A model generated the notes under the pieces. It ran no database searches. It saw only the letters and a program-made list of their open reading frames with translations, and had not been told where the DNA came from. DNA of 64,000 nt from an uncultured Porticoccus sp. (lineage in GTDB: Bacteria > Pseudomonadota > Gammaproteobacteria > Pseudomonadales > Porticoccaceae): NCBI GenBank assembly GCA_964395715.1, contig CAYNAU010000003.1, forward strand, positions 254,847 through 318,846. Reading direction: 5' to 3'. Position numbers and translations under genes: made by a program. The first letter of the stretch is position 1. Every line of letters begins with the position of its first letter. Positions 1 through 9,447 of the stretch are shown here, piece by piece.

Positions 1-1
1 T

Positions 2-994
2 TATCCCTACAGCCTGGACGAGCTCAGTTTCCTGATGGGACACGACAGCGATGGTTTTAACCGCTGGAATGCCGGGCAGCAGCTGTCGATACAACTGATG
101 CAGACGCTGGTGACGGATTATCGCGAGGGAACCCCCTTGGTGCTGGATCAGCGGTTGGTGGAAGCCTTTGCCAAAGTTCTGGCCGAAACCGATACCGACC
201 AGGCCATGCAGGCCCTGGTGCTGATGTTGCCCAGCGAATACCTGCTGGCAGAGCTGGCGGAGGTTATCGATGTTGAGGCAATACACCAGGTGCGGCGCTT
301 TATGTGTCGCGAACTGGGCCGTGAGCTGAGAGATACATGGCGAGCCACCTATCTGGCCAGCAGTGAACCCCGTTATGAGATGTCCGGTACGGCCGTGGCC
401 AAGCGCAGCCTGAAAAATCTTTCTCTGCGTTACCTGTTGAATGGTGCCGCCGATGATTCACTGTCGTTAATGCATGCCCAGTTTATGGACGCCGATAACA
501 TGACAGATCGCCTGTCGGCCCTGAACGGACTGGTCAATGATCCGCGGGAAGAGGCTCGGCCTCTGGCAGAACAGGCGCTGGACAAGTTCTATAACGACTG
601 GCAACACGAGCCTCTGGTCTTGAACCAGTGGTTTCAGACCCAGGCAGCCTGTGTTCTGCCCGGTGGCCTGGAGCGGGTGAAAGCGTTGATGGACCACCCG
701 GCCTTCGATTTCCACAACCCCAACAAGGTGCGCTCCCTGATCGGCGTGTTCTGCAACAGCAACCTCATCAACTTTCATCACGAGTCGGGCAAGGGTTATC
801 GCTTCCTGGCAGACAATGTTATTGCGCTGGACAAGCTCAATCCGCAGATTGCTTCCCGACAGCTGACACCGCTCACCAAGTGGCGGCGTTATGATCTGGA
901 GCGACAGGCGCTGATGCGGGAGGAACTGGCGCGGGTTCTGGCCGAACCGGGGCTGTCCCGGGATACTTACGAGATCGCGTCGAAGAGTTTATAA
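2..994 (+). CDS. pepN: Aminopeptidase N, C-terminal part (5'-truncated by window edge)
   Basis: Frame is open from position 2 (YPYSLDELSFLMGHDSDGFNRWNAGQ). PepN C-terminal motifs DNMTDRLSAL, WFQTQA, NPNKVRSLIGVF, NPQIASR, LSRDTYEIASKSL. Confidence 0.95.
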   Translation, partial: YPYSLDELSFLMGHDSDGFNRWNAGQQLSIQLMQTLVTDYREGTPLVLDQRLVEAFAKVLAETDTDQAMQALVLMLPSEYLLAELAEVIDVEAIHQVRRFMCRELGRELRDTWRATYLASSEPRYEMSGTAVAKRSLKNLSLRYLLNGAADDSLSLMHAQFMDADNMTDRLSALNGLVNDPREEARPLAEQALDKFYNDWQHEPLVLNQWFQTQAACVLPGGLERVKALMDHPAFDFHNPNKVRSLIGVFCNSNLINFHHESGKGYRFLADNVIALDKLNPQIASRQLTPLTKWRRYDLERQALMREELARVLAEPGLSRDTYEIASKSL

Positions 995-1130
995 CCGGTA
1001 AAAAAGGTGCCCAGTTGATCGGTATCAACTGCCACCAGGCCCGGTAGCCGGATAATGGCTGCCGTTGAGACGCGGATTGCGTTGAAACGCATGAGTGACA
1101 TTTAACCCTCTATCTCAAGGGTTCATTACT

Positions 1131-1159
1131 AAGGAGAGCGTCCCGCTCTCCTTTTTTTT
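1131..1159 (+). terminator. Rho-independent terminator downstream of pepN
   Basis: Perfect 10-bp stem AAGGAGAGCG-tcc-CGCTCTCCTT followed by a T run. Confidence 0.85.
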
Positions 1160-1184
1160 GCCCGATGTTTGCCCGAGACTTAAC

Positions 1185-2003
1185 TCAGGCTGTTTCGGTC
1201 TCTTTCTTTTTCTTCGCCGCTTTTTTGGTGGTTTTTTTATCGCCGCTAATGACCTCGTGCAATTCGACAAACTGCTTGGTGAGGGCATGGCTGGGAGCGA
1301 AGTAGATCAACGGTTTACACGCCTGGTGAGACTCGCGCATTTTCACCGACTGGCTCAGGTAGACGGGCAAGACGGGGTGTTTTTCTGCCAGTAGTTCTTC
1401 AATAATTTTGCTTGGCAGATTGGCCCGCGGTTGGAACTGGTTGGCGATGATGCCTTCCACCTCAAGCTGGTCGTTGTGGTCTTCGCGCATTTCACCAATG
1501 ACTTCGAGAATGTTGTACAGGGCGTGGCGCGAGAAAGCATCGCAGTCAAAGGGAATCAATACTCTGTCGGCACAGACCAGTGCCGAGGTGGTGTAAAAAT
1601 TCAGCGCAGGAGCGGTGTCGATAAAGACGTGGTCAAACTCGCCGTCCAGCTTGTTTAGCAGGTCGCGCAATTTATAAATCTTGTGACGGGACTCCAGTTT
1701 CTGCTCTATGGCCTCAAGCTCCGGGTCCGAGGCGATCACGGACAGGTTTTCGTAGGGCGTCTCAATAACAAAGTCGGCAGGCTTTTTGGGGGACAGGTTG
1801 AACGACACTGTCTGGGCGAAATAATCAGCAATGGTGAGGTCAGGCTTGGCATCCTGACCCAGCAGGTAGTGAGTCGAATTGCCTTGTGGGTCCAGATCCA
1901 CAACCAGGGTTTTCTTGCCGTTGCTTGCACAAATGGCGGCCAGGTTGCAGGTGATACTGGACTTTCCTACACCACCTTTTTGGTTGAAGACGACTCGGCG
2001 CAT
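1185..2003 (-). CDS. ParA/Soj-family ATPase (orphan, no parB)
   Basis: Deviant Walker A NQKGGVGKS, DLDPQGN, IDTAP, VLIPFDCD. SD AGGA upstream. Lys-rich C-terminal tail. Confidence 0.9.
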   Translation of the reverse strand: MRRVVFNQKGGVGKSSITCNLAAICASNGKKTLVVDLDPQGNSTHYLLGQDAKPDLTIADYFAQTVSFNLSPKKPADFVIETPYENLSVIASDPELEAIEQKLESRHKIYKLRDLLNKLDGEFDHVFIDTAPALNFYTTSALVCADRVLIPFDCDAFSRHALYNILEVIGEMREDHNDQLEVEGIIANQFQPRANLPSKIIEELLAEKHPVLPVYLSQSVKMRESHQACKPLIYFAPSHALTKQFVELHEVISGDKKTTKKAAKKKKETETA

Positions 2004-2273
2004 AGTCTTGATCCTTTCATGGCAGAAGAAGAGGGGAATGGAATGAGCTTGTGGGGCATAAACAATGCTCTGGATGGAACAGCTGATTTCATTCTACTGG
2101 ATGGCCCCTTCAGTGGCGAGGGGCGACAGGGAAGAATCGACGCACAAAAAATGACCACAACTTTATCCTCAGTATGGGAAACTCCATTTCAGTCTGATAT
2201 GCACAAAATCAGGTCAATTGTGATCAGAAATGCCCAATTTTCAGGCATTTCCTGACGTTTTAGGCGAAGGCTC

Positions 2274-3983
2274 TCAGGCTTGTCCAGCGTACAGCGGTGC
2301 CAGTGGTACGCCTTTGGCTTTTTTATCCGGGCGGGTTTTACGCACTGCCCTTAACCGTTGACATATCCCGTCAAGGTCGACCTCGTCAACAGAGCCCGTG
2401 CTGTAGAGAGACCGGTCCAGTGCCTGCAGCAAGTGGGCAATCTGCTCATCATCGGCCAGGTGAGTCACCTGGTTAAGCCTGACTACAGGCTGTTGCCAGA
2501 AGCTGCTGGCCCAGGTTAACAGGGCTGCACGGAAACCGGGGAGGTCGTTGCTGCCAGCACGCTGGCAGAGGCTTTTAAACAGGGCTGACTCTTTTTCACT
2601 GTCGGGCTCTTGACTAAGGATACCTGCAGGCTGTTTGCGGCTGCGGCGCCAGAGGATCAACAGGGCGATGACCGCAACCAGCAACAACAGGTTTGTCGCA
2701 GCCAGAGTCCATAAGAGTCGGTTGTCCGGCGAAGTCTCATTGAGCTGAACAGCGTCACTGGCCACGGCGACGTCGCTGGCCAAGGGTGCAGTGTTCGCCG
2801 GTGATGGAACTGCTCCCGGAGCGGGCTTGACGGTGAGGGTTTGTGATTCCAGTAGGGTTTCCCGCACTTGTTGACTGCGGGTATCCCACCAGCGGATTTT
2901 CACCGGGGGCAGGGTGATCTCTCCGGCACGGGACGGCACGATGGCAACCGATTCCACCCGTGATCCGATCACTCCCTGGGGATCCACATTATTTTCCAGC
3001 TGAGGCTGGTCCGGGTAAACTTTGAAGCCATCTCCGGCATCGATACTCAGCGGTGGTAGCTGACTGTCCATCAGGCCCTGGGCCGTGAGATGAATCGTGC
3101 GGGTGACGGGCTCTCCGGCGACCAGTTCATCGAGGGGGCGACTCCATCGTTCACTGAGGCTCAGGCCCTGAGCGGGCAACCAGTCTCCGGGACCGTAGTT
3201 GTCGGGCCGAGGCTTGACGTCTATGTGTTGTTCATCCGACAGCAGAAACACCGGTTTACCCCGTGTACCAAAAAAGGACCCGGAAAAACGGTCACGCCGG
3301 TCCGCCATCACGGCGTTGAATCGCACCGGGGGGACAACCAGTTTGCCACTGGCTTCGGGAAACAGGGCATATTTCAGTTCCACCACCTGGTACAGCTTGC
3401 CGTTGTTCTGTTTCTGGTACTGGCTTTCCGCAACTTTGACCATGGCGGCATCCTTGACCATCAGCTCTTCGCTGCTGAGCCCTGACAGGGGTACCGAGGT
3501 GTTGAGTCTCAGGGTCAGTAGCACCTGTTCCTGAACAAACACCGACGACTTGCTCAACTCGGTTTCGATGAAAATAGGTTCGCTGCCGTTACTGGTATTA
3601 GCGCGGGGTGCGACCTGTAGCCGGATAGGGGCGCTCTGCACGCCCTTGAGCTCAAGGGGTGGAATCAGCAGGCTGCCGGTTTTTTTAGGAAGCAGTTGCA
3701 GCACCCACTGGGTATAGGACTCGGTAGTGCCATTGATAATGGAAAACTGGTTTTGCTGATTCTGGCCGAGAATTTCAAAATCCTCTTCCAGCACGGAAAA
3801 ATCCGGGTCGCTGGTGGTTTGGCCATCAAAGCGAACCTGTAATTCCAAGGTTTCCCCGCGGCTCAGCTGGGTGCGATCTGCCGTAGCCGTCAGGCTATCG
3901 GCCAGACAGGCCAGGCTGGGTATCAGTAACAGGAGGGCAGCGATCCATTGACGGATCTGCCGACGGTTAAAGGGGAAGACCAT
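2274..3983 (-). CDS. batD: BatD family protein
   Basis: Signal peptide, repeated BatD-type beta domains, C-terminal TM helix; last gene of the MoxR/VWA operon. Start moved to ATG 3983, just after the upstream stop. Confidence 0.85.
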   Translation of the reverse strand: MVFPFNRRQIRQWIAALLLLIPSLACLADSLTATADRTQLSRGETLELQVRFDGQTTSDPDFSVLEEDFEILGQNQQNQFSIINGTTESYTQWVLQLLPKKTGSLLIPPLELKGVQSAPIRLQVAPRANTSNGSEPIFIETELSKSSVFVQEQVLLTLRLNTSVPLSGLSSEELMVKDAAMVKVAESQYQKQNNGKLYQVVELKYALFPEASGKLVVPPVRFNAVMADRRDRFSGSFFGTRGKPVFLLSDEQHIDVKPRPDNYGPGDWLPAQGLSLSERWSRPLDELVAGEPVTRTIHLTAQGLMDSQLPPLSIDAGDGFKVYPDQPQLENNVDPQGVIGSRVESVAIVPSRAGEITLPPVKIRWWDTRSQQVRETLLESQTLTVKPAPGAVPSPANTAPLASDVAVASDAVQLNETSPDNRLLWTLAATNLLLLVAVIALLILWRRSRKQPAGILSQEPDSEKESALFKSLCQRAGSNDLPGFRAALLTWASSFWQQPVVRLNQVTHLADDEQIAHLLQALDRSLYSTGSVDEVDLDGICQRLRAVRKTRPDKKAKGVPLAPLYAGQA

Positions 3984-3988
3984 GGTTA

Positions 3989-5902
3989 TTACCACCTCTG
4001 CTCTGTGTTGCCGGGTCGATTGATGCCCCGGCGTTGTTCATACTGGCGTTTCTCCGCTTCATAACGGAATTTCTCGCGTAACAGGCCACCCGGGTCATCC
4101 GGGATTTTTCGCAACCATTGCTCCATGGCCTGTTTTTCCTCCTCGCTCATTTCACCCTCGGTAGCTGCCTGAGCCTGGGCGGGTTGCTGTTGATCATCCA
4201 GTTCACTCTGTTGATCACCACTTTCCTGTTGTGACTGTGCGGGCTGCTGCTCGTTATCCTGTTCGCCTTGTTGCTCACTTTGTTGATCGCTATCTTGAGA
4301 TTGTTCCCCATCAGATGGTTGCTGTTGTTTGTCGGGGTTTTTACTCTGATCGCTACGGTCATCCTGAGATTGTTGGTCGGAAGAGGATGATTGGTCCTGG
4401 TTCTGATCGCTGGACTGGTCTTGCTGGCCGGACTGGGATTGCTGCTGGTCCGATCCCTGTTGCTGCTCCTGGTTTTCATTGTTCTGGTTATTGTTGTTCT
4501 GCTGCTGGTCGTTTTGTGGCGAGTTGTTTTGCTGTTCCAGCAGTTTTTCCACCAGGTCGCGGTTGAATTCGGCATCGTGCATATCGGGTGTCAATGACAG
4601 TGCCCGCTTATAACTTTCCAGTGCCTCATCAAGTTTTCCTGCTTTTGCCAGTGCATTGCCGCGATTGTAGTGGGCGGTGGCAGTGTCACCTTCGTAGAGC
4701 TTTTCGGCGTTTTCAAAGTCACCGTTTCGATAGGCGGCAGCGGCTTTCCAGTCGGGGTCTTTGAAAGTCCGCTGCGCGCTTTCAGTGTCACCCTCGGCCA
4801 GTGCCCGCGCCGCCTGTTGGTCTTGGGTCAGCCACAGGTCATCCCATCCGAATGCCATGGCCGGTTGCGGGGCGGATAGCAGCGGCAACAGCAGGATGGA
4901 TGCGAACACGCCACGACGGAAAGCCAGCAGCAGTAGGGGTAGCAGAGGTAACACCAGCCAGTAGCCCAGGTCGTGCCAGCTGTCGTAGGTTCTCTCCAGT
5001 TGTTTGCTGGCCGACCCGTGGTCTGCAGCAAAGCCTTCGGAGAGATAGCGGATATCCTTGTCATCGGCGCTGAGACTGGAATAACGTCCCCCCAGCCCGC
5101 TGGCCAATGAACCCAGAGCGGCGGCATCCAGCCTGGGGATGACGATAGCGCCCTGGTTGTCCTTGGCAAACCCACCGTTCTGGAGGGGAATCGGCGCCCC
5201 CTCGGCAGTGCCGATTCCCAGCACGGAAAGGCGGAATTCACCCATTTCCTCCAGCAGTGATGAGAGTTCATCCCGGGCACCGGCAGAGACGTCATCGGTG
5301 ATCAACAGAAAGTCAGCCTGGTTGAGTCCGGCATTCAGTACCAGTTCAATGCTCTGGTTAATGGCAGACTCAACGTTGCTGCCGTGCCCCGGCATGATGT
5401 TGGGGTCCAGGGCCGGGACTAGTGCGGAGACAGTCGCGGCGTCGTCGGTGAGCGGGCTAACGACAAATGCTTCGGCAGCGTAGGCGATAAGGCCGGTGGT
5501 TCCTTCCTTACGCTGCTGCAGCAGCTCAATCAGTTTCAGTCGTGCCCGCGTCAGGCGGTTGGGCTTAAGGTCCTGCACCAGCATTGAGGGTGAAAGATCG
5601 AACAGCACCACCAGTGCATTTTCCTGTTTGTGCACGGGCAGGGGCGTGCGTTCCCAGGTAGGGCCGGACATGGCCACGGTTGCCAGCAGCCAGGCGATCA
5701 GCGCACCCACCACCAGCGAGCCACGCTGTTTAACGGTGGTGCCATCCACCAGGAACGGCAAAAGCTCTGGGGCGATCACCTGTTGCCAGCTACCAGTGTT
5801 TTGCTCCTGCCGGTACAGCCACCATGCGGCCAGCAGGGCTGGCAGGAATGCCAGCAACCACAGGGGTCTGAGCAAATGAAAATCCGACAGCGCCGCGATC
5901 AT
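3989..5902 (-). CDS. VWA + TPR membrane protein (BatB/BatC-like)
   Basis: MIDAS-like DLSPSM, TPR motif AHYNRGNALAKAG, Q/N/D/S-rich linker, WLRKIPDDPGGLLREKF C-terminus. Confidence 0.88.
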   Translation of the reverse strand: MIAALSDFHLLRPLWLLAFLPALLAAWWLYRQEQNTGSWQQVIAPELLPFLVDGTTVKQRGSLVVGALIAWLLATVAMSGPTWERTPLPVHKQENALVVLFDLSPSMLVQDLKPNRLTRARLKLIELLQQRKEGTTGLIAYAAEAFVVSPLTDDAATVSALVPALDPNIMPGHGSNVESAINQSIELVLNAGLNQADFLLITDDVSAGARDELSSLLEEMGEFRLSVLGIGTAEGAPIPLQNGGFAKDNQGAIVIPRLDAAALGSLASGLGGRYSSLSADDKDIRYLSEGFAADHGSASKQLERTYDSWHDLGYWLVLPLLPLLLLAFRRGVFASILLLPLLSAPQPAMAFGWDDLWLTQDQQAARALAEGDTESAQRTFKDPDWKAAAAYRNGDFENAEKLYEGDTATAHYNRGNALAKAGKLDEALESYKRALSLTPDMHDAEFNRDLVEKLLEQQNNSPQNDQQQNNNNQNNENQEQQQGSDQQQSQSGQQDQSSDQNQDQSSSSDQQSQDDRSDQSKNPDKQQQPSDGEQSQDSDQQSEQQGEQDNEQQPAQSQQESGDQQSELDDQQQPAQAQAATEGEMSEEEKQAMEQWLRKIPDDPGGLLREKFRYEAEKRQYEQRRGINRPGNTEQRW

Positions 5903-6885
5903 GAATCACCCCGGGTTGAGAGCGGCACCAGCAGCAAACTGCAAAGTAGAGCCACACCCAGCGGCCAGTAGAACAATGCCTTGGTGGGGCGCAGGGTTTC
6001 TGCTTCCTGTTCCACGGGTTCGAGCTGGTCCAGTTGCCCGTAGATTTGTTGTAATTCATCCGGGTTGCGGGCGCGGAAATAGCGGCCACCGGTTTTATCA
6101 GCGATAGCGTTCAGGGTGGTTTCATCGAGATCCCGTGATGGGTTGATTCGCCTGGCGCCAAAGAAACTGCGTTCCACAACGACTTCGGCACCGATGCCGA
6201 TGGTGTAAATGGTGATGCCCTCGCGAGCGGCGATCTCTGCCGCCTCCAGGGGTTGCGCTTCACCGGCAGAGTTGGCACCGTCGGTGAGCAGTATCAACAC
6301 GCGATGATTCTCCGGGCGGGATTGCAGTCGTTTGACTGCGAGGCCGATGGCATCCCCGATCGCGGTGCTTTCCCCGGCGAATCCGATCTGCGCCTCGCTC
6401 AACAGGGTGTTCATGGTTTGCCGGTCAAACGTCAAGGGTGTTTGCAGGTAGGGGCGGGTGCCAAACAGAATCAGGCCTAAACGATCGCCCTGGCGTCGCG
6501 CAACAAATTCCCCAACAACCTGTTTGACGACGGTCAGGCGGTCTACGCTTTCGCCTTCCAGCCGCATATCCGTTTGTTTCATGCTGCCGGAGATATCCAC
6601 GGCAATTAACAGGTCCCGCCCGCTGCTGGGCAGTGTCACCGGGTCGCCGGTCCAGGTGGGGCGGGTGGCAGCCAGCAGGACTCCCGACCAGGCGATAAAT
6701 AACAGTGTCAGGGTGAGCCATTGCCAGTAGCCTCCCCGGCGTTCAACACTGGTTTGTGCCGCCAGAGCACAGTAAGCCGGCGCTTTCAGTGCCGGTGTCA
6801 GGGTTTCTGCACGTCGCCGCCACAGCCGGTACAGAACGGGTAACGGTAACAGCAGTAACAGCCAGGGCCATTCAAAGGTCAACAT
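5899..6885 (-). CDS. VWA domain protein (BatA-like)
   Basis: MIDAS motifs DISGSM, TAIGDAI, LTDG; N- and C-terminal TM segments. Confidence 0.9.
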   Translation of the reverse strand: MLTFEWPWLLLLLPLPVLYRLWRRRAETLTPALKAPAYCALAAQTSVERRGGYWQWLTLTLLFIAWSGVLLAATRPTWTGDPVTLPSSGRDLLIAVDISGSMKQTDMRLEGESVDRLTVVKQVVGEFVARRQGDRLGLILFGTRPYLQTPLTFDRQTMNTLLSEAQIGFAGESTAIGDAIGLAVKRLQSRPENHRVLILLTDGANSAGEAQPLEAAEIAAREGITIYTIGIGAEVVVERSFFGARRINPSRDLDETTLNAIADKTGGRYFRARNPDELQQIYGQLDQLEPVEQEAETLRPTKALFYWPLGVALLCSLLLVPLSTRGDS

Positions 6886-7370
6886 GGTGCCCCCCTGCGG
6901 TGCTGCTTTATCCAGCGCCGTACACCCTCGGCAAGTTGTGTCGGGAAGGATGGTGGCAGGTTGGCGTCTGGGCGGTAGAGCTGATCTCCGAGGGTCCGTT
7001 GCAACGTCTCGTCAAATACCGGCTTACCACAAGCGCGATTCATCCGCTCCAGCATATCCGGAACCCGTTCTGACTCCAGGCCAAGGCCCGGGTAGGCGGT
7101 TTTCGCGGTGCGCCTTAACAGAGTTAACAGGGCGTGGCACTGACTGGCTGTCGATTCTCCCGGCTGGTGCGCCATGGTTTCCAGGTGGGCAAGTGCCTCC
7201 CGGCGATAGCGGTTATTACGGTAACTGCGCACCAGAAGTCGTACCAGGTAACAAGACACCAGCAATACCAACAGCGTAAGCAGCCACCAGCCCGGTGCTG
7301 GCGGCCACCAGTCCACAGCTTCGGGCAGGTGAATATCTCGCAACTGTGCCAGTGGATCCTGCGGGTTCAT
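6879..7370 (-). CDS. DUF4381 family protein
   Basis: Hallmark N-terminus LAQLRDIHLPEAVDWWPPAPGWW; position in the MoxR operon. Confidence 0.88.
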   Translation of the reverse strand: MNPQDPLAQLRDIHLPEAVDWWPPAPGWWLLTLLVLLVSCYLVRLLVRSYRNNRYRREALAHLETMAHQPGESTASQCHALLTLLRRTAKTAYPGLGLESERVPDMLERMNRACGKPVFDETLQRTLGDQLYRPDANLPPSFPTQLAEGVRRWIKQHRRGAPC

Positions 7371-8302
7371 CGGCGTCGCCCTTTACTCTTGCGACTGTAT
7401 GCCCGCTGTAAAACGGGTAACACGGGCTCGGTTGTGGGGAAGGTCAACAACCCGAGACGCAGTTGCGTTGCCAACTGCTGCAGCTTATTTTGACGCTCTG
7501 AAAACTGTCGCTCGAATTGTTGCCGCAGCTTGCCGTCGCGACTGTTGAGTACAAAGCGCTGTTGGCCGTTACTGACCTGGTAAAGCGCCGGGGGTGGCAG
7601 GGTTTTTTCCAGGGGATCAATCACTTGACACAGGGTAATATCGCAATGCCGGGCCAGCTCAAACAGATGCTGTTCACAGGATCGGTCCAGGTCGTGAAGG
7701 TCGCTGACCAGAAACAGCGTGGAACCGGGCAGAGCCACCCGGCGGCAATCCTTGAGAATATCTGACAGGCTGAATTGATCGGCCACGGGTTGCAGCAGCA
7801 TTTCGCTGAAATCCCTCAAGCGGTGGATCATCTGCAGCACAGCGTGGTGGCTGCGCTTGGGACGGATTTCTGTCACTTGCCTGCTGCCAAAAATTAACCC
7901 GCCCACCCGGTCGTTAACATTCAGGCCGGCCCACCCAAGGGTGGCGCTGATCTGGCAGGCGAGCACGGATTTCAGTGCGCGCGACCCAAAAAACATGCCG
8001 GAACGAAGGTCGCTGACAATCAATACCGGACGCTCCCTTTCCTCCCGGTAGAGCTTGGTATGGGGTGTCAGGGTGCGGGCCGTGACGCGCCAGTCTATGG
8101 TGCGGATGTCATCGCCGGGCTGGTACTGCCGGACTTCCTCAAAATCCATGCCGCGGCCACGGCTGCGGGACTGGTGGCCGCCCATCAGGGCAGCACGGGC
8201 CATCAATCGCGGGAAGAAATTCAGTTCCCGGGTGCCAAACCGCATGCCTACCAAAGTGGTGACATCGGCGATGGCTGGGTTAAGGATGTCCGGGTCTGTC
8301 AT
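7367..8302 (-). CDS. DUF58 family protein
   Basis: GRGMDFEEVRQYQPGDDIRTIDWRVTART and KLYREERERP motifs. Confidence 0.92.
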   Translation of the reverse strand: MTDPDILNPAIADVTTLVGMRFGTRELNFFPRLMARAALMGGHQSRSRGRGMDFEEVRQYQPGDDIRTIDWRVTARTLTPHTKLYREERERPVLIVSDLRSGMFFGSRALKSVLACQISATLGWAGLNVNDRVGGLIFGSRQVTEIRPKRSHHAVLQMIHRLRDFSEMLLQPVADQFSLSDILKDCRRVALPGSTLFLVSDLHDLDRSCEQHLFELARHCDITLCQVIDPLEKTLPPPALYQVSNGQQRFVLNSRDGKLRQQFERQFSERQNKLQQLATQLRLGLLTFPTTEPVLPVLQRAYSRKSKGRRR

Positions 8303-8305
8303 TGA

Positions 8306-9265
8306 TCAGGCTGAGGGTACGTTGGCAATCAGAGTGTCGATCACATGGTCGGCGGTGATGCCACTGGCCTCTGCCTCAAAGCTGAGTATCAGACGGTGGC
8401 GCAGCACATCGTGGGCGACATTGCGCACATCGTCGGGAGAGACGTAATCGCGGTTATTCAGCCAGGCACTGGCCCGGGCACAGCGGTCCAGGGAAATGGT
8501 CGCACGCGGGCTGGCGCCGTAGGCCAACCAGCTGCCAAGATCATCCCCGTATTGACCAGGATTACGAGTGGCTAGAATCAGCTGCACAATATATTCCTCC
8601 AGCGGTTCTGCCATATGTACTGACAACACTTCCTTGCGCGCTTCAAGCAGGGTTTCCTCAGACACCTCGTCAACGCCTGTGGTTGGTGCCTGTAACGCCT
8701 CATTACGGGCCAGCCTGAGAATCTCTCGTTCGGCCTCTGCTGCCGGGTAGTCAACATTCACGTGCATCAGGAAGCGGTCCATCTGGGCTTCCGGCAACGG
8801 ATAAGTGCCTTCCTGTTCGATGGGGTTCTGGGTAGCCATCACCAGGAACAGTTTTGGCAGCGGGTAGGTGCTGCGACCGACGCTGATCTGCCGTTCTGCC
8901 ATCGCCTCCAAAAGAGCCGACTGCACCTTGGCCGGGGCCCGGTTGATTTCATCGGCTAATACCAGGTTGTGAAAGATCGGACCGGGCTGAAATTGGAAAC
9001 TGCCATCTTCGGGGCGGTAGATGTCACTGCCGGTGATGTCTGCCGGCAGCAGGTCGGGAGTGAACTGAATGCGGTGAAAATCTCCGCTGATGCCCTCGGA
9101 AAGGGTTTTGATGGCTTTGGTTTTTGCCAGCCCCGGAGCACCTTCCACCAGCAAGTGGCCGTCTGCCAGCAGAGCGATAATGAGTCGCTCGATCAGGTGT
9201 GGCTGACCGACGATCTGGTTATTGAGAAAATCACGGAGTTGCAGAATTTTTTGTTGGTGCGTCAT
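8306..9265 (-). CDS. moxR: MoxR-family AAA+ ATPase
   Basis: Walker A GAPGLAKT, RIQFTPDLLPADITG, Walker B LADEINRA, ATQNPIEQEGTYPLPEAQMDRF. Confidence 0.95.
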   Translation of the reverse strand: MTHQQKILQLRDFLNNQIVGQPHLIERLIIALLADGHLLVEGAPGLAKTKAIKTLSEGISGDFHRIQFTPDLLPADITGSDIYRPEDGSFQFQPGPIFHNLVLADEINRAPAKVQSALLEAMAERQISVGRSTYPLPKLFLVMATQNPIEQEGTYPLPEAQMDRFLMHVNVDYPAAEAEREILRLARNEALQAPTTGVDEVSEETLLEARKEVLSVHMAEPLEEYIVQLILATRNPGQYGDDLGSWLAYGASPRATISLDRCARASAWLNNRDYVSPDDVRNVAHDVLRHRLILSFEAEASGITADHVIDTLIANVPSA

Positions 9266-9447
9266 GCTGTTGTTACTTCTCGAGAATATAAGGCGATGAA
9301 TTGTAATGCCTGTGAGCAGTTAACCCAAACAGGAGCATTCCTGCGAAGTTAACCTAGACTGTAGGGAGTATACGAAGTTCAGTGATAACGAATCTCAGTT
9401 CATAATGACGGGCAATTATCCTGACAATAATGAAAAAGGGAGGTGTC

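Noticed and set aside
1095-1394. 99-aa + strand ORF overlapping the parA 3' end
   Set aside because: Crosses a strong terminator and is antisense to parA.
4150-4530. Q/N/D/S-rich, quasi-repetitive segment in the BatB-TPR gene
   Set aside because: A low-complexity linker typical of this family; no exact tandem repeat unit or spacer structure, so not CRISPR or VNTR.
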